From positions 1 to 64,000 of IMG/VR virus record IMGVR_UViG_3300030099_006908: DNA of 64,000 nucleotides, one strand, 5' to 3'. The notes beneath the pieces are model-generated. The model searched no databases. It was not told where the DNA came from and saw only the letters and a program-made list of their open reading frames with translations. Shown here one piece after another: positions 43,896-53,089 of the stretch. The position numbers and the translations under genes are program-made. How positions within the stretch are numbered: position 1 is the first letter of the stretch; the number at the start of each line of letters is the position of its first letter. This DNA is from a virus.

Positions 43896-44181
43896 TCATA
43901 ATGAAAACGGCGGAGTCATTGAATGCTCAAACTGTTCAGTCCCTTTAGTTGAGGTGTGGATTACCGAAGAAAATTCATCTCAAGAAACAAAAATAATTGC
44001 TGTTTGCGACCATTGCGACGACCAATCTTTTGAAAAAAAAATAATTGGGAAATTTTACTTAGGAGGAACAGATTACAGCTCGATAGATTCGATAGATACA
44101 GACAATGTAAAAGAAGAGGAATCAGTCATTACATATCAAGAAATAACTGTTAAAACTAGAAAGACAGAAGAATATGGATAG
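43885..44181 (+). CDS. zinc-ribbon hypothetical protein
   Basis: CSNC...CDHC. Confidence 0.7.
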   Translation: MTNNHNENGGVIECSNCSVPLVEVWITEENSSQETKIIAVCDHCDDQSFEKKIIGKFYLGGTDYSSIDSIDTDNVKEEESVITYQEITVKTRKTEEYG

Positions 44182-44605
44182 AGATACGAGAACAAAAGAA
44201 ATGGAAGATTTCAAACTTGGCGAAGATTCCGCAGGCTCAATGCAAAGCACTGTGGGTTATACGGCTAACGAATCTCCAGATAAAGACTCGAGTGGTCATT
44301 ATGTGTTTTCTGAGCCTAAGCAAATAGAGCCGGAAAATGAGTATTGCTACGCTAAAAAAATTACAATTAAAAATAATAACGGCTCCATAAGGTACAAGTA
44401 CTTTGTTAAGGTGGGGCCGGATGGAAGGATTTTTAATCCATGGGGCATGTTTTCAGAAGGAACTCAGGGTAAATATTCTAGAGGTAGAGGCAAGCTTGAG
44501 TGGAAATTCACAGACGTAAAGGAAAAGTGTTTTGATTATTATTCAAAATTTTTACAATCAAGAAATGCAGGTTGGTTAAACAACGCTGAAAGGGAACTAA
44601 GATAA
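44174..44605 (+). CDS. hypothetical protein
   Basis: Coupled ORF. Confidence 0.75.
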   Translation: MDRDTRTKEMEDFKLGEDSAGSMQSTVGYTANESPDKDSSGHYVFSEPKQIEPENEYCYAKKITIKNNNGSIRYKYFVKVGPDGRIFNPWGMFSEGTQGKYSRGRGKLEWKFTDVKEKCFDYYSKFLQSRNAGWLNNAERELR

Positions 44606-44994
44606 TGCCTAAACCAAGAGAACTCACAGATATAGAAAAATTTTATATACAAAATAACTTGCAAAAGAATGACTCCGAGCTTGCTTCTGGAATGTCTGGC
44701 GTAGGGCCAAAAACAGTCGCAAAATACAGACAAGAAGTAAATGAAAGCGCTGTCAACGATGCGTCTGAGAAGAGCAAAAGAGAGTCTGTTGAAGAGAGCC
44801 GAGAGGAAAGGATAGATAGACTGTCTAGGGCTCCCGATGCTGGAGAGCTTATGTCAAGAAGGGATGGCGTTTCTATAATGACACAGCAGGCGTCAGAGGT
44901 AACGGACGCAAGAAAAATAGTAAAAGGAAATAGCATCCCGGCTGAAGAATTTGAAGCAAAAAATAGAGACAAAATTCACAGACCAAAGAGTTGA
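44605..44994 (+). CDS. HTH-containing hypothetical protein
   Basis: ELA....GVG.KTV.KY. Confidence 0.65.
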   Translation: MPKPRELTDIEKFYIQNNLQKNDSELASGMSGVGPKTVAKYRQEVNESAVNDASEKSKRESVEESREERIDRLSRAPDAGELMSRRDGVSIMTQQASEVTDARKIVKGNSIPAEEFEAKNRDKIHRPKS

Positions 44995-44997
44995 ATT

Positions 44998-45486
44998 ATG
45001 AGCGTAGAAAAGGTTGCCGTAGAAAAATACGGTCTATGTATAGAAGATTGCAATTTCTTAGAAGATAAAACTATATGGGTTGCATCTCTCTCAAATGGGC
45101 TAGTTGTTAGACAAGACGACGACAGAGCAGGTAAAGAGCCTGTTGCTTGGAAAAGGCTGGCAAAATATTGCAGCTACGAGTCTATAGACATAGACAGTCT
45201 TTACTTAAAGTTTCGCTCCCATCAAGTCCACATGCAAGAAGGGCCAGATGTACAAGGATATTATTTTTGTTACGGGGCGCATAAGGAGTTTGACGAAAAC
45301 ATAACGAGGCAGCATTATGTGTGCGGCGTTTTGGTCAACGGCTTTTTGGAATACGAATGGTACGAAACACCTGCTTTGGTATCGACGAAAACAAATAACA
45401 GAAAAGCAAATTCAGAAGATGTTCAATCTAGTAAATTAATATTGAAAAAAGCTGTTTCCATTGAGTCGCCATGCTTTCTTCGTTAA
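44998..45486 (+). CDS. hypothetical protein
   Basis: 162-aa ORF. Confidence 0.75.
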   Translation: MSVEKVAVEKYGLCIEDCNFLEDKTIWVASLSNGLVVRQDDDRAGKEPVAWKRLAKYCSYESIDIDSLYLKFRSHQVHMQEGPDVQGYYFCYGAHKEFDENITRQHYVCGVLVNGFLEYEWYETPALVSTKTNNRKANSEDVQSSKLILKKAVSIESPCFLR

Positions 45487-45491
45487 TTTGA

Positions 45492-45519
45492 TTTACAACA
45501 TGCTTTTTTATGCTATAAT
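45492..45519 (+). promoter_or_regulatory. sigma70-type promoter for the recombination/replication operon
   Basis: TTTACA-N16-TATAAT with TG extension. Confidence 0.75.
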
Positions 45520-45528
45520 AATATTATT

Positions 45529-45993
45529 ATGGCAAAAGAAAAATCACAGAAAAACCCTTATCTATCATCTTACGGTGGAGGATATATTAGGGCTGACCAA
45601 TGGGTTACAGAAAAACTGTGCGCTCTTATAGCAAAAAAACAAGGCTCTGAGCTTCCAGATAAGTTTTGGAATTTACCAAACTGGAAGTCTATATTCAGAA
45701 GACAAGTACAGATGGCATCTTCTCTTCTAATAATTTATGATGCTGACGCTATTTCGTCCGCACTTAGAGATAAGCGACTTTATAATGTAAGGTCTTTTGG
45801 CGCATTTTCATACTCAGGATTTTCTAAAATTTTAGACGAACACCAGCAAAGAATAGACTCAAATGCAAAAGAAGCAGAGTTTGAATTACAAAGTAGAGAT
45901 ACTAAACAAATTCCAAAATTACATAAACGAGATAACAAGTTGTCGAGGTTAAAAAATATAGATGGCGAAACAAGACCCATTCAAAGTGGCTAA
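45529..45993 (+). CDS. hypothetical protein
   Basis: 154-aa ORF upstream of recA. Confidence 0.75.
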   Translation: MAKEKSQKNPYLSSYGGGYIRADQWVTEKLCALIAKKQGSELPDKFWNLPNWKSIFRRQVQMASSLLIIYDADAISSALRDKRLYNVRSFGAFSYSGFSKILDEHQQRIDSNAKEAEFELQSRDTKQIPKLHKRDNKLSRLKNIDGETRPIQSG

Positions 45994-47083
45994 AGATTTA
46001 TTAGCCAAACATGGAGACAATATAGTAAGAAGTGGAGACGCAATGGTTTCCGATAAGCAGGAAATCGTTTCTGTGTCACCTCTAATTGATGTAAATATAG
46101 GAGGAGGAATACCGGAAGGCTCAGTCGTGCTTCTTGCTGGCGATGAAAAGTGCGGTAAGACTGTCACAGCATTGCAAATTTGTAAAAACGCACAAGACAT
46201 GGGCAAAAATATATACTATCTAAACATCGAGGCTAGGCTAAAATCCAGAGACTTAGAAGGAATAGATGGTCTAGACCTAGAAAAAATAAACGTAGTTAGT
46301 TCATACAGAGAGGATGACAGTGAAGGAAACCTTGTTCAGAGCAAAATTCTTAGCGGAGAAGAGTGGCTCAGTTTTGCTGAGAATTTTATACATAATGACC
46401 CTGGATGTGTTGTGGTTCTTGATTCTATTTCTCAGCTTGTAACTGAACGTCAGCTACAGGCAGACATTGGGGATGTCACTGGAGACGGTGGCTTCAGACT
46501 ACTTTCTCAGTTTATTGGCAGAATAGCTCCAGTAGTGGTTGTTAATAAATGCATTGTGATAGGCATACAACACTTAATTGCAAACACCAGAGCAAGGCCA
46601 GGACAAAAGACAAAGAGCAGAAGTGGTGGTCGTAAGATTAGATATGCGGTTGACGTAGACCTTGAATGCACATACATACAGCCCTGGAAAGCTTCTTCGG
46701 CAGAGGACGCAGAGCAGATAGGGCAAAGAGTTAATTGGATTACTCGCTCTACTGCTAGACCCATACCACCAGGAAGAAAGATTGAGTCTCTACTCAGGTA
46801 TGGAGTCGGGCTTGACAAGATTGCAGAACTAATTAGTCTAGGTAAAAGCCTTGGTTTTATTAAGGTTTCCGGTTCTTGGTATGTCCTAGAGTACATGCAA
46901 AATCATTTGGATGTTCTGGGTGTGGATGAATGGTCAGTAGATAAGAAAGGCAAATTAACGCCAGAGATGTCAAAGCTAGTACAAGCTCAGGGTGAACATA
47001 AAGCTCATGACCTACTCAAAGCTAATCCACTTTATCTTGATTGCTTACAAAAAGACATATATGAAATGCTTGGGATGACTTAA
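45962..47083 (+). CDS. recA: RecA/UvsX-like recombinase
   Basis: GGGIP.G, Walker A GDEKCGKT, VVLDS, GGRKI.Y, I..SGSWY. Confidence 0.88.
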   Translation: MAKQDPFKVAKDLLAKHGDNIVRSGDAMVSDKQEIVSVSPLIDVNIGGGIPEGSVVLLAGDEKCGKTVTALQICKNAQDMGKNIYYLNIEARLKSRDLEGIDGLDLEKINVVSSYREDDSEGNLVQSKILSGEEWLSFAENFIHNDPGCVVVLDSISQLVTERQLQADIGDVTGDGGFRLLSQFIGRIAPVVVVNKCIVIGIQHLIANTRARPGQKTKSRSGGRKIRYAVDVDLECTYIQPWKASSAEDAEQIGQRVNWITRSTARPIPPGRKIESLLRYGVGLDKIAELISLGKSLGFIKVSGSWYVLEYMQNHLDVLGVDEWSVDKKGKLTPEMSKLVQAQGEHKAHDLLKANPLYLDCLQKDIYEMLGMT

Positions 47084-47481
47084 TGAAGGTAATAGATTTT
47101 AACGGAAAAGAACACAACTTCCCACCAACGGGTCATCAGCCTGATTTGGATGATGGCCGAAAAAGAAGTGAAATACACCTACACGCCAGAAGATTGCTCA
47201 GAGAGCTTTATCCAACACAAAGAATACTAGAAGAAGTGCCTCTGCCTGGAACTAAACAATACGCAGACTTTTACCTCCCTCACAGAAAAGCGGTTATTGA
47301 AGTTCACGGCAGACAGCACTATGAGTTTGTTGCGCACTTTCATGAAGATAGATGGGGTTTTGCAAAGTCAAAGCAAAATGACTCCAAAAAAGAAAGCTGG
47401 TGTGATATGAATAATATTAAGTATATAGTTTTACCATACAATAAGGTTAATGATTGGGATGACATCATATCAGAGTCTTGA
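47083..47481 (+). CDS. DUF559/Vsr-like endonuclease
   Basis: EEV, ADFY, IEVHG.QHY, D..K..WC. Confidence 0.75.
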   Translation: MKVIDFNGKEHNFPPTGHQPDLDDGRKRSEIHLHARRLLRELYPTQRILEEVPLPGTKQYADFYLPHRKAVIEVHGRQHYEFVAHFHEDRWGFAKSKQNDSKKESWCDMNNIKYIVLPYNKVNDWDDIISES

Positions 47482-47947
47482 TGAGAGGTGGGAACAAGTA
47501 GAGAAAGCCCTAAAGCAGTTTGAGGTTGCTGTAGGGCTTGGTTCTTTAGGCCCAACCGAAGTTAATAGATGGATAAATATAAAACCTCAACTACTGAACA
47601 AACTTTCGGAACAGGAGTGCGCAGAAGGCGCTTACCTGCTTGTGCAGGAGGCTACTTTCGTTCAATCTCAAATTAATGTTTTGCAATCAAAGATAGATTG
47701 GTGCAACAGAAAAATCAACTCAATCATAGCTCCAATAATAAAAAATCAAATCACACGATATATGGAAAACGAATTAAAAAGAGCTTACGCAATAAAGCAG
47801 GACGATGTTGCTGAGAGGCTGCAACAAATAGCCGATGAGGCGTCTAGCTATCACTCACGACTAATTTACCTACCCAACTCTTTGAGAGCGCAGGCTGATA
47901 AGCTAACCAAATACCAAGAAATAAAGAGAGGTCAAAACTATGCCTGA
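47459..47947 (+). CDS. coiled-coil hypothetical protein (UvsY-like position)
   Basis: Helical protein in recombination operon. Confidence 0.7.
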   Translation: MTSYQSLDERWEQVEKALKQFEVAVGLGSLGPTEVNRWINIKPQLLNKLSEQECAEGAYLLVQEATFVQSQINVLQSKIDWCNRKINSIIAPIIKNQITRYMENELKRAYAIKQDDVAERLQQIADEASSYHSRLIYLPNSLRAQADKLTKYQEIKRGQNYA

Positions 47948-48593
47948 TTTTTCAGAGATATTGAAAATAGCTGTAGAACAACAAGATTGGCAGTTAATAT
48001 GCGGTCTTTACACAAACATAACAGGAGAGCCCCTGTCAGTTCCGACTGCCGAAGAGATAAAAAAAGAAGAGGAAGACATTCTTGCAAAAGAATATTCTGT
48101 AGAAGAGCTTAAATATCAGAATCAGCTTCCTCCGGAAGAGCAAGACCTGAAATTAGTTGATAAAAACATTGACAATATGATAAGTACCAGATATAATGAC
48201 TTTACTGCTCCACCAAGAAATACCGAAAATACAGACACCTCTGGAAGAAGAATGCGGTCAGAGTCGGTTGGTAAAGCCCCGCTTAAAAATGTTATTGGAG
48301 TTAGCGAACAGGGCTTTGTTGATGACATGACCGAATCTCTTGTTGACCCAGAAACAGGAGAGCGTTTGGTTGGAAACAATAAAGATGTCAAAATAACACC
48401 GAGAAATAAAAGGGCAAGTTTAGGGATGAACGACACATCTCTCATAGATGTAAAATGCTCCGTTTGCAAAGAAATATCTAAGGCTTCACCCTCGATAATT
48501 TTTGGTTATTCAGAAAACGAATCTGAGAATACATGGAAATGTAATGACTGCAGCACAAGAAGGGGTCGTCGTGAGCGAAGCAGAGGGGTGTAA
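47940..48593 (+). CDS. hypothetical protein with C-terminal zinc finger
   Basis: CSVC...CNDC. Confidence 0.7.
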   Translation: MPDFSEILKIAVEQQDWQLICGLYTNITGEPLSVPTAEEIKKEEEDILAKEYSVEELKYQNQLPPEEQDLKLVDKNIDNMISTRYNDFTAPPRNTENTDTSGRRMRSESVGKAPLKNVIGVSEQGFVDDMTESLVDPETGERLVGNNKDVKITPRNKRASLGMNDTSLIDVKCSVCKEISKASPSIIFGYSENESENTWKCNDCSTRRGRRERSRGV

Positions 48594-50064
48594 TAAAAAT
48601 GTTGCGGCAGAAAGGGCGGTGCTAGCTGGCCTATACCTATATGGCATTGATGCATATCTTGACATCGCTCCAATGCTATCCCCAATGTCTTTCACGGACA
48701 GGTCTAATCAAGCGATATATAAATGTTTCTCTTATCTTTTTGAAGAGAAGGAGCTAAAAAAGCTTGATGAGTCTTCTGTTTTTTCCGCCGCAAAAGATAT
48801 TGGATATTCTTGGCTGGTAGAAAAGAAAGACGAGATAAATCACTTAAACAGTATTTTTAATACTCACATACTTCTTGAAAATGTGAGGTCTTTTAGCGCA
48901 AAAATTAGCAGATTAGAAGTAGCCAGAATGCTTCGCCAACAAATGAGAGAGGCAGACGCGTCACTCAATGATATTGGCGGAGACGAGCCTATAGAACATA
49001 TACTGGGCGTTGCTGAAAAATGTATATTTGACTTTACAAGCAAATTAACAAATGCTAGCGGCACTGACCCTCAAAGACTCAGCAGTGGTATGAGAGAGCA
49101 TATCATGGACAGGCTAGACAATCCAACCGAAGTAATTGGACTGCCAACGCCTTGGCCAAACTATAATGCTGCAATAGGCGGCGGTTGCAGGAGAAAGGCT
49201 GTAAGCATGATAGGCGCTAGAAGCGGCGTTGGTAAAAGCATGCTGTCTGATAACCTTGCGAAGCACCTAGCAGAGCTTGATGTTCCCGTTCTATATCTTG
49301 ACACGGAAATGTCAGATGAAGACCACTGGTATCGACTTGGAGCTAATTATGCAGATGTAACAATAAATGACTTAGAAAGCGGTAAGTGCGGAGAAAACTT
49401 TTCTGAGAGAAAAAGAGTAGAAGAGGCGCTTGATAAAATTGAGAACCTGCCGATTGACTATATTAATATTTCTGGCATACCGTTTGAAGAGAGCTTGGCG
49501 ATTATAAGAAGATGGATTCACAAAAACGTTGGCTTTGAGGATGACGGTCGAACTAAAGACTGCATGATTATATATGACTATGTTAAGTTGATGAATGGAG
49601 AGGACTTAAAAATTGGAGTGCAAGAATATCAAGTTCTTGGATTCATGATGACCTCGCTGCACAATTTAGCGGTAAGAAATGATGTTCCTATATTCACAAT
49701 GATTCAACTTAATCGTGACGGTATTGACAAAGAGACTGCGGATGTGGTTGCTGGGTCGGATAGAGTCATGTGGCTAACTACAAACTTTTCCATATTCAAG
49801 CCCAAAAGCGATGAAGAGCTACAAGCTTCTGACCCCGACGAAGGCACACATAAACTAGTAATAATTAAACACCGACATGGGCCAGGGATGTCAAGGGGAG
49901 ATTATATAAATATGAAAATGGAAGGAGCTAAAGCTAGAATATTAGAAGGTAAAACAAAACTAAAAATAAAGAGGGAGCGAGAGCAAGGAATTAATCCTCA
50001 GCCAGAAAACGTTGCAGATGAAGTAGAAGATATACCTTTTGGTGAAAATTATGAGACAAGCTAA
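48544..50064 (+). CDS. dnaB: replicative DNA helicase
   Basis: AERAVL, GARSGVGKS, DTEMS, IYDY, QLNR, K.RHG; start uncertain. Confidence 0.93.
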   Translation: MTAAQEGVVVSEAEGCNKNVAAERAVLAGLYLYGIDAYLDIAPMLSPMSFTDRSNQAIYKCFSYLFEEKELKKLDESSVFSAAKDIGYSWLVEKKDEINHLNSIFNTHILLENVRSFSAKISRLEVARMLRQQMREADASLNDIGGDEPIEHILGVAEKCIFDFTSKLTNASGTDPQRLSSGMREHIMDRLDNPTEVIGLPTPWPNYNAAIGGGCRRKAVSMIGARSGVGKSMLSDNLAKHLAELDVPVLYLDTEMSDEDHWYRLGANYADVTINDLESGKCGENFSERKRVEEALDKIENLPIDYINISGIPFEESLAIIRRWIHKNVGFEDDGRTKDCMIIYDYVKLMNGEDLKIGVQEYQVLGFMMTSLHNLAVRNDVPIFTMIQLNRDGIDKETADVVAGSDRVMWLTTNFSIFKPKSDEELQASDPDEGTHKLVIIKHRHGPGMSRGDYINMKMEGAKARILEGKTKLKIKREREQGINPQPENVADEVEDIPFGENYETS

Positions 50065-51193
50065 AAATCACTATTTTGATTATGACCTTATAGAAGAAAT
50101 CAAAGATATGTGCTGCGCAAATATAGAAGAGCTTCTTTCAGAACTAGGGGTAGACTTTAGGTGTAATGGAAAAATGATGGTGGGTTCGTGCCCTGTTCAC
50201 GGAGGAGACAACCCCACTGCATGGAATCTTTATCCAGAGGGTGAAGAGGTAAGGGGTTACTGGGTATGCAGAACGCATCACTGCGAAAAACAAAAAGGTA
50301 AAAACGACCGACTGCTTTACGGCTCAACAATAATAGGTTTTGTTAGAGGGGTGCTATCTAGGCAAAGGTCAAAGCATGTTAGGTACGATGAAACCATTAA
50401 TTTTTTAGTAAAATTTTTGGGCTATAATCATATAAATGAAATAAATAAGCCTGATGCAGAGACCCTAGAAAGACGTAAGTATATTTCGTCCATGCGAAGA
50501 CTTAGCGTTCGACCAAAACAAGAAGAAAGCGGATGGACAAGAGAGAAGCTAAGGTCATCCATCGAAATTCCATCAAAGTATTATATTGACAGGGGTTACT
50601 CTAGTCAGGTGCTTGACAAGTACGATGTTGGATTGTATAATAAACGTAATAGGGTTGTAGTGCCCGTATATGATGATAGTTATAAGTATGTGGCTGGATT
50701 CCTTGGAAGGTCTATATGGCCCCAGTGTGATAAATGTAAAAAATGGCATGAGCCAGAGAAGTCTTGTCCGTCTTCAATTTACGAAATTAAAGACTGTGAA
50801 AAATGGCTAAACGGAAAATTTAAATCTACAAACTATCTGTATAACTATTGGTTTGCATCTGAACACATAAGAAAAACAGGCGTTGCAATTTTAGTTGAAG
50901 GGGCTGGAGACGTTTGGAGATTAGAGGAAAACGGAATACACATAAGCCTTGGTTTATTTGGCACAGACCTGACTGACTCTCAAAGAGTATTACTTGACAG
51001 GTCAGGCGCTCTGTCAATAATTGTCATGCTGGACTCAGACCAAGCTGGCAGAGAGGGCGTTAAAAAATTAAAGGAGCAGCTTGGAAGACAATACAGAATG
51101 TATTTTCCAAAAATAAGAGAAGATGCTGGAGAATTAAATCAAGACGAAATAACGTCAGATATAAAACCCATAATAGATAAGGCGATTATATGA
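50051..51193 (+). CDS. dnaG: DNA primase (Zn-binding plus TOPRIM)
   Basis: CPVH...C...C, LVEG.GD, LDSD.AG. Confidence 0.9.
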   Translation: MRQAKNHYFDYDLIEEIKDMCCANIEELLSELGVDFRCNGKMMVGSCPVHGGDNPTAWNLYPEGEEVRGYWVCRTHHCEKQKGKNDRLLYGSTIIGFVRGVLSRQRSKHVRYDETINFLVKFLGYNHINEINKPDAETLERRKYISSMRRLSVRPKQEESGWTREKLRSSIEIPSKYYIDRGYSSQVLDKYDVGLYNKRNRVVVPVYDDSYKYVAGFLGRSIWPQCDKCKKWHEPEKSCPSSIYEIKDCEKWLNGKFKSTNYLYNYWFASEHIRKTGVAILVEGAGDVWRLEENGIHISLGLFGTDLTDSQRVLLDRSGALSIIVMLDSDQAGREGVKKLKEQLGRQYRMYFPKIREDAGELNQDEITSDIKPIIDKAII

Positions 51194-51963
51194 CTAAAAT
51201 AGTTGGAATTTCAGGTAAAAAGCAATCTGGAAAAACAACGGCGGGCAATTTTCTTTTTGGCTGCGCGATGTTATCTCTAGACTTAGTGGAATACGCATAT
51301 ATAGATGACTACGGAAGGCTTATTGTTCCTTACGAAGATTCAGACGGACAAAATAAACCATGCGTATTTCCCGTAGACAGCCTGCACCCAAATATGATTA
51401 GCTACATGAGTTCAAATATATGGCATAAAATTAAAATATATAACTTTGCTGACAACTTAAAGCATATGTGCATAAATATATTAGGCCTAAAAGAAGAGCA
51501 ATGCTATGGAACAGAAGACGATAAAAACTCTCTCACTAATATAAAGTGGTCCGATTGCTACACACAAAAAGACAAGACTGGGTTCATGACCGCTAGGGAG
51601 GCGATGCAATATGTAGGAACAGACGTTTTCAGAAAAATGTACCCAAATGTTTGGGTAGACTCAACGATTAAGAGGATAAAAAAAGACAGTCCTGAATTAG
51701 CCGTTGTCGTTGATTGCAGGTTTCCAAATGAGGTTAGCGGCATAAAGGGGGCTGGAGGATGTGTAATTAGACTTAACAGAAACATATTCGGAGGAAAAGA
51801 CCAACACGCAAGCGAAACGGCGCTAGATAATTTTAAGGGCTTTGATGCGTATATAGATAACACAGACATGTCTGTGTCTCAGCAGAGCGAGGAATTATAC
51901 AACGTCTTGTCTGAATGGCAGATGATAAACTATAGCGCGGTAGCAAAATTTGGAAATCCATGA
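51190..51963 (+). CDS. deoxynucleoside monophosphate kinase
   Basis: GKKQSGKTT, FAD.LK, REAMQ.VGTD, DCRFPNE, HASE. Confidence 0.9.
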   Translation: MTKIVGISGKKQSGKTTAGNFLFGCAMLSLDLVEYAYIDDYGRLIVPYEDSDGQNKPCVFPVDSLHPNMISYMSSNIWHKIKIYNFADNLKHMCINILGLKEEQCYGTEDDKNSLTNIKWSDCYTQKDKTGFMTAREAMQYVGTDVFRKMYPNVWVDSTIKRIKKDSPELAVVVDCRFPNEVSGIKGAGGCVIRLNRNIFGGKDQHASETALDNFKGFDAYIDNTDMSVSQQSEELYNVLSEWQMINYSAVAKFGNP

Positions 51964-52988
51964 TAATTACATACTTCAGAAGCAGCTCATTCAATGCTTA
52001 TGGAATGTGCCCGCAGCAATATTTTTTGTCTTATGTTTTGGGCATACCATCTCCTGGAGGCAAAAAAGCAGAGAAGGGCACTGTTGTCCACAAGGTTCTT
52101 GAGTGCTTGGCCCATGGAAAGAAAGCGGAGCAGGACGGTTCTTCTACGTTTAACGATGATGCCCTGGGGGAACAGCCGACAAACAGAATCTATGAGGATG
52201 ATTTTGTAAATGAACTCAGCAGGCTTTCTTTTGATTATTACACACAGAAATCTATACATGACTTTAGCGCAAGAGATTACAAAGATTGTGAGAAGTGGGC
52301 ATGGAAAGCTATTGAATATTCTGATGGGGCGTATGACCCTAGAAAGAGAAGGATTATTGATGCTGAACCACACTTCGATATAACAATTGATGAGCCTTGG
52401 GCTGAATACGATTACATCATGCCAGACGGCTCAAGGCTTCATGGCAATCTTTCTATAAAGGGGACTGTAGACCTTATTACTGATTCTGGCAATGGTGTGT
52501 ATGAGGCGACCGACTGGAAAACAGGAATGAGGAAGGATTGGGCGACAGGAGAAATCAAAGACTTCTGGAAGCTATGCGGCGACCCACAACTAAGAATATA
52601 TCACTACGCCCTTACACACCTATATCCAGAAGCAAAACAAATAGTTCCTAGTATATACTTCATCAATGATGGGGGTCCGTTCACAATGGCCTATGATGAT
52701 TCAGACATAGAGGCCACAAAGAAGATGCTAAAGCAAAGGTTTGCAAAAATCAAGGAGGTGGTAAGACCTCAACTTCTAACAGGATACGACAGATGGAAGT
52801 GCAACTCATTCTGCCACTACGGGAAAACACAGCATTCTTCTGGAAAGATTAATCCCAGGACAGGCGAGCCCTATACTATCTGCCAGTATATGGCGGACAA
52901 AACAAAGAAGTGTGGAATAGATGCCGTGATTGCGGAAGACACGCGCAAGGGACATACGATAGATTATTATCAAGACCCAGGAGCATAA
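51960..52988 (+). CDS. PD-(D/E)XK Cas4/RecB-like exonuclease
   Basis: CP, G...H..LE, GTVDL, DWKTG, QL.IY, C..C.Y. Confidence 0.85.
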   Translation: MIITYFRSSSFNAYGMCPQQYFLSYVLGIPSPGGKKAEKGTVVHKVLECLAHGKKAEQDGSSTFNDDALGEQPTNRIYEDDFVNELSRLSFDYYTQKSIHDFSARDYKDCEKWAWKAIEYSDGAYDPRKRRIIDAEPHFDITIDEPWAEYDYIMPDGSRLHGNLSIKGTVDLITDSGNGVYEATDWKTGMRKDWATGEIKDFWKLCGDPQLRIYHYALTHLYPEAKQIVPSIYFINDGGPFTMAYDDSDIEATKKMLKQRFAKIKEVVRPQLLTGYDRWKCNSFCHYGKTQHSSGKINPRTGEPYTICQYMADKTKKCGIDAVIAEDTRKGHTIDYYQDPGA

Positions 52989-53005
52989 AATGAAAAATAG
53001 AATAC

Positions 53006-53033
53006 TTGACAACTATCAAAACTCTGATATATT
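53006..53033 (+). promoter_or_regulatory. sigma70-type promoter
   Basis: TTGACA-N16-TATATT. Confidence 0.7.
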
Positions 53034-53089
53034 TTATATACAAATTACATTTTACGCTAATTACACCGAAGAGGATGTTTGGACTTATT

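Noticed and set aside
51960-52988. Cas4 as evidence of a CRISPR-Cas system
   Set aside because: It is a stand-alone PD-(D/E)XK exonuclease in a replication operon, which is common in phages. No cas1/cas2 or array is present.
53006-53089. TTG-start N-terminal extension of the dehydrogenase
   Set aside because: The TTG is the -35 box of a promoter, and the Rossmann motif starts right after ATG 53090.
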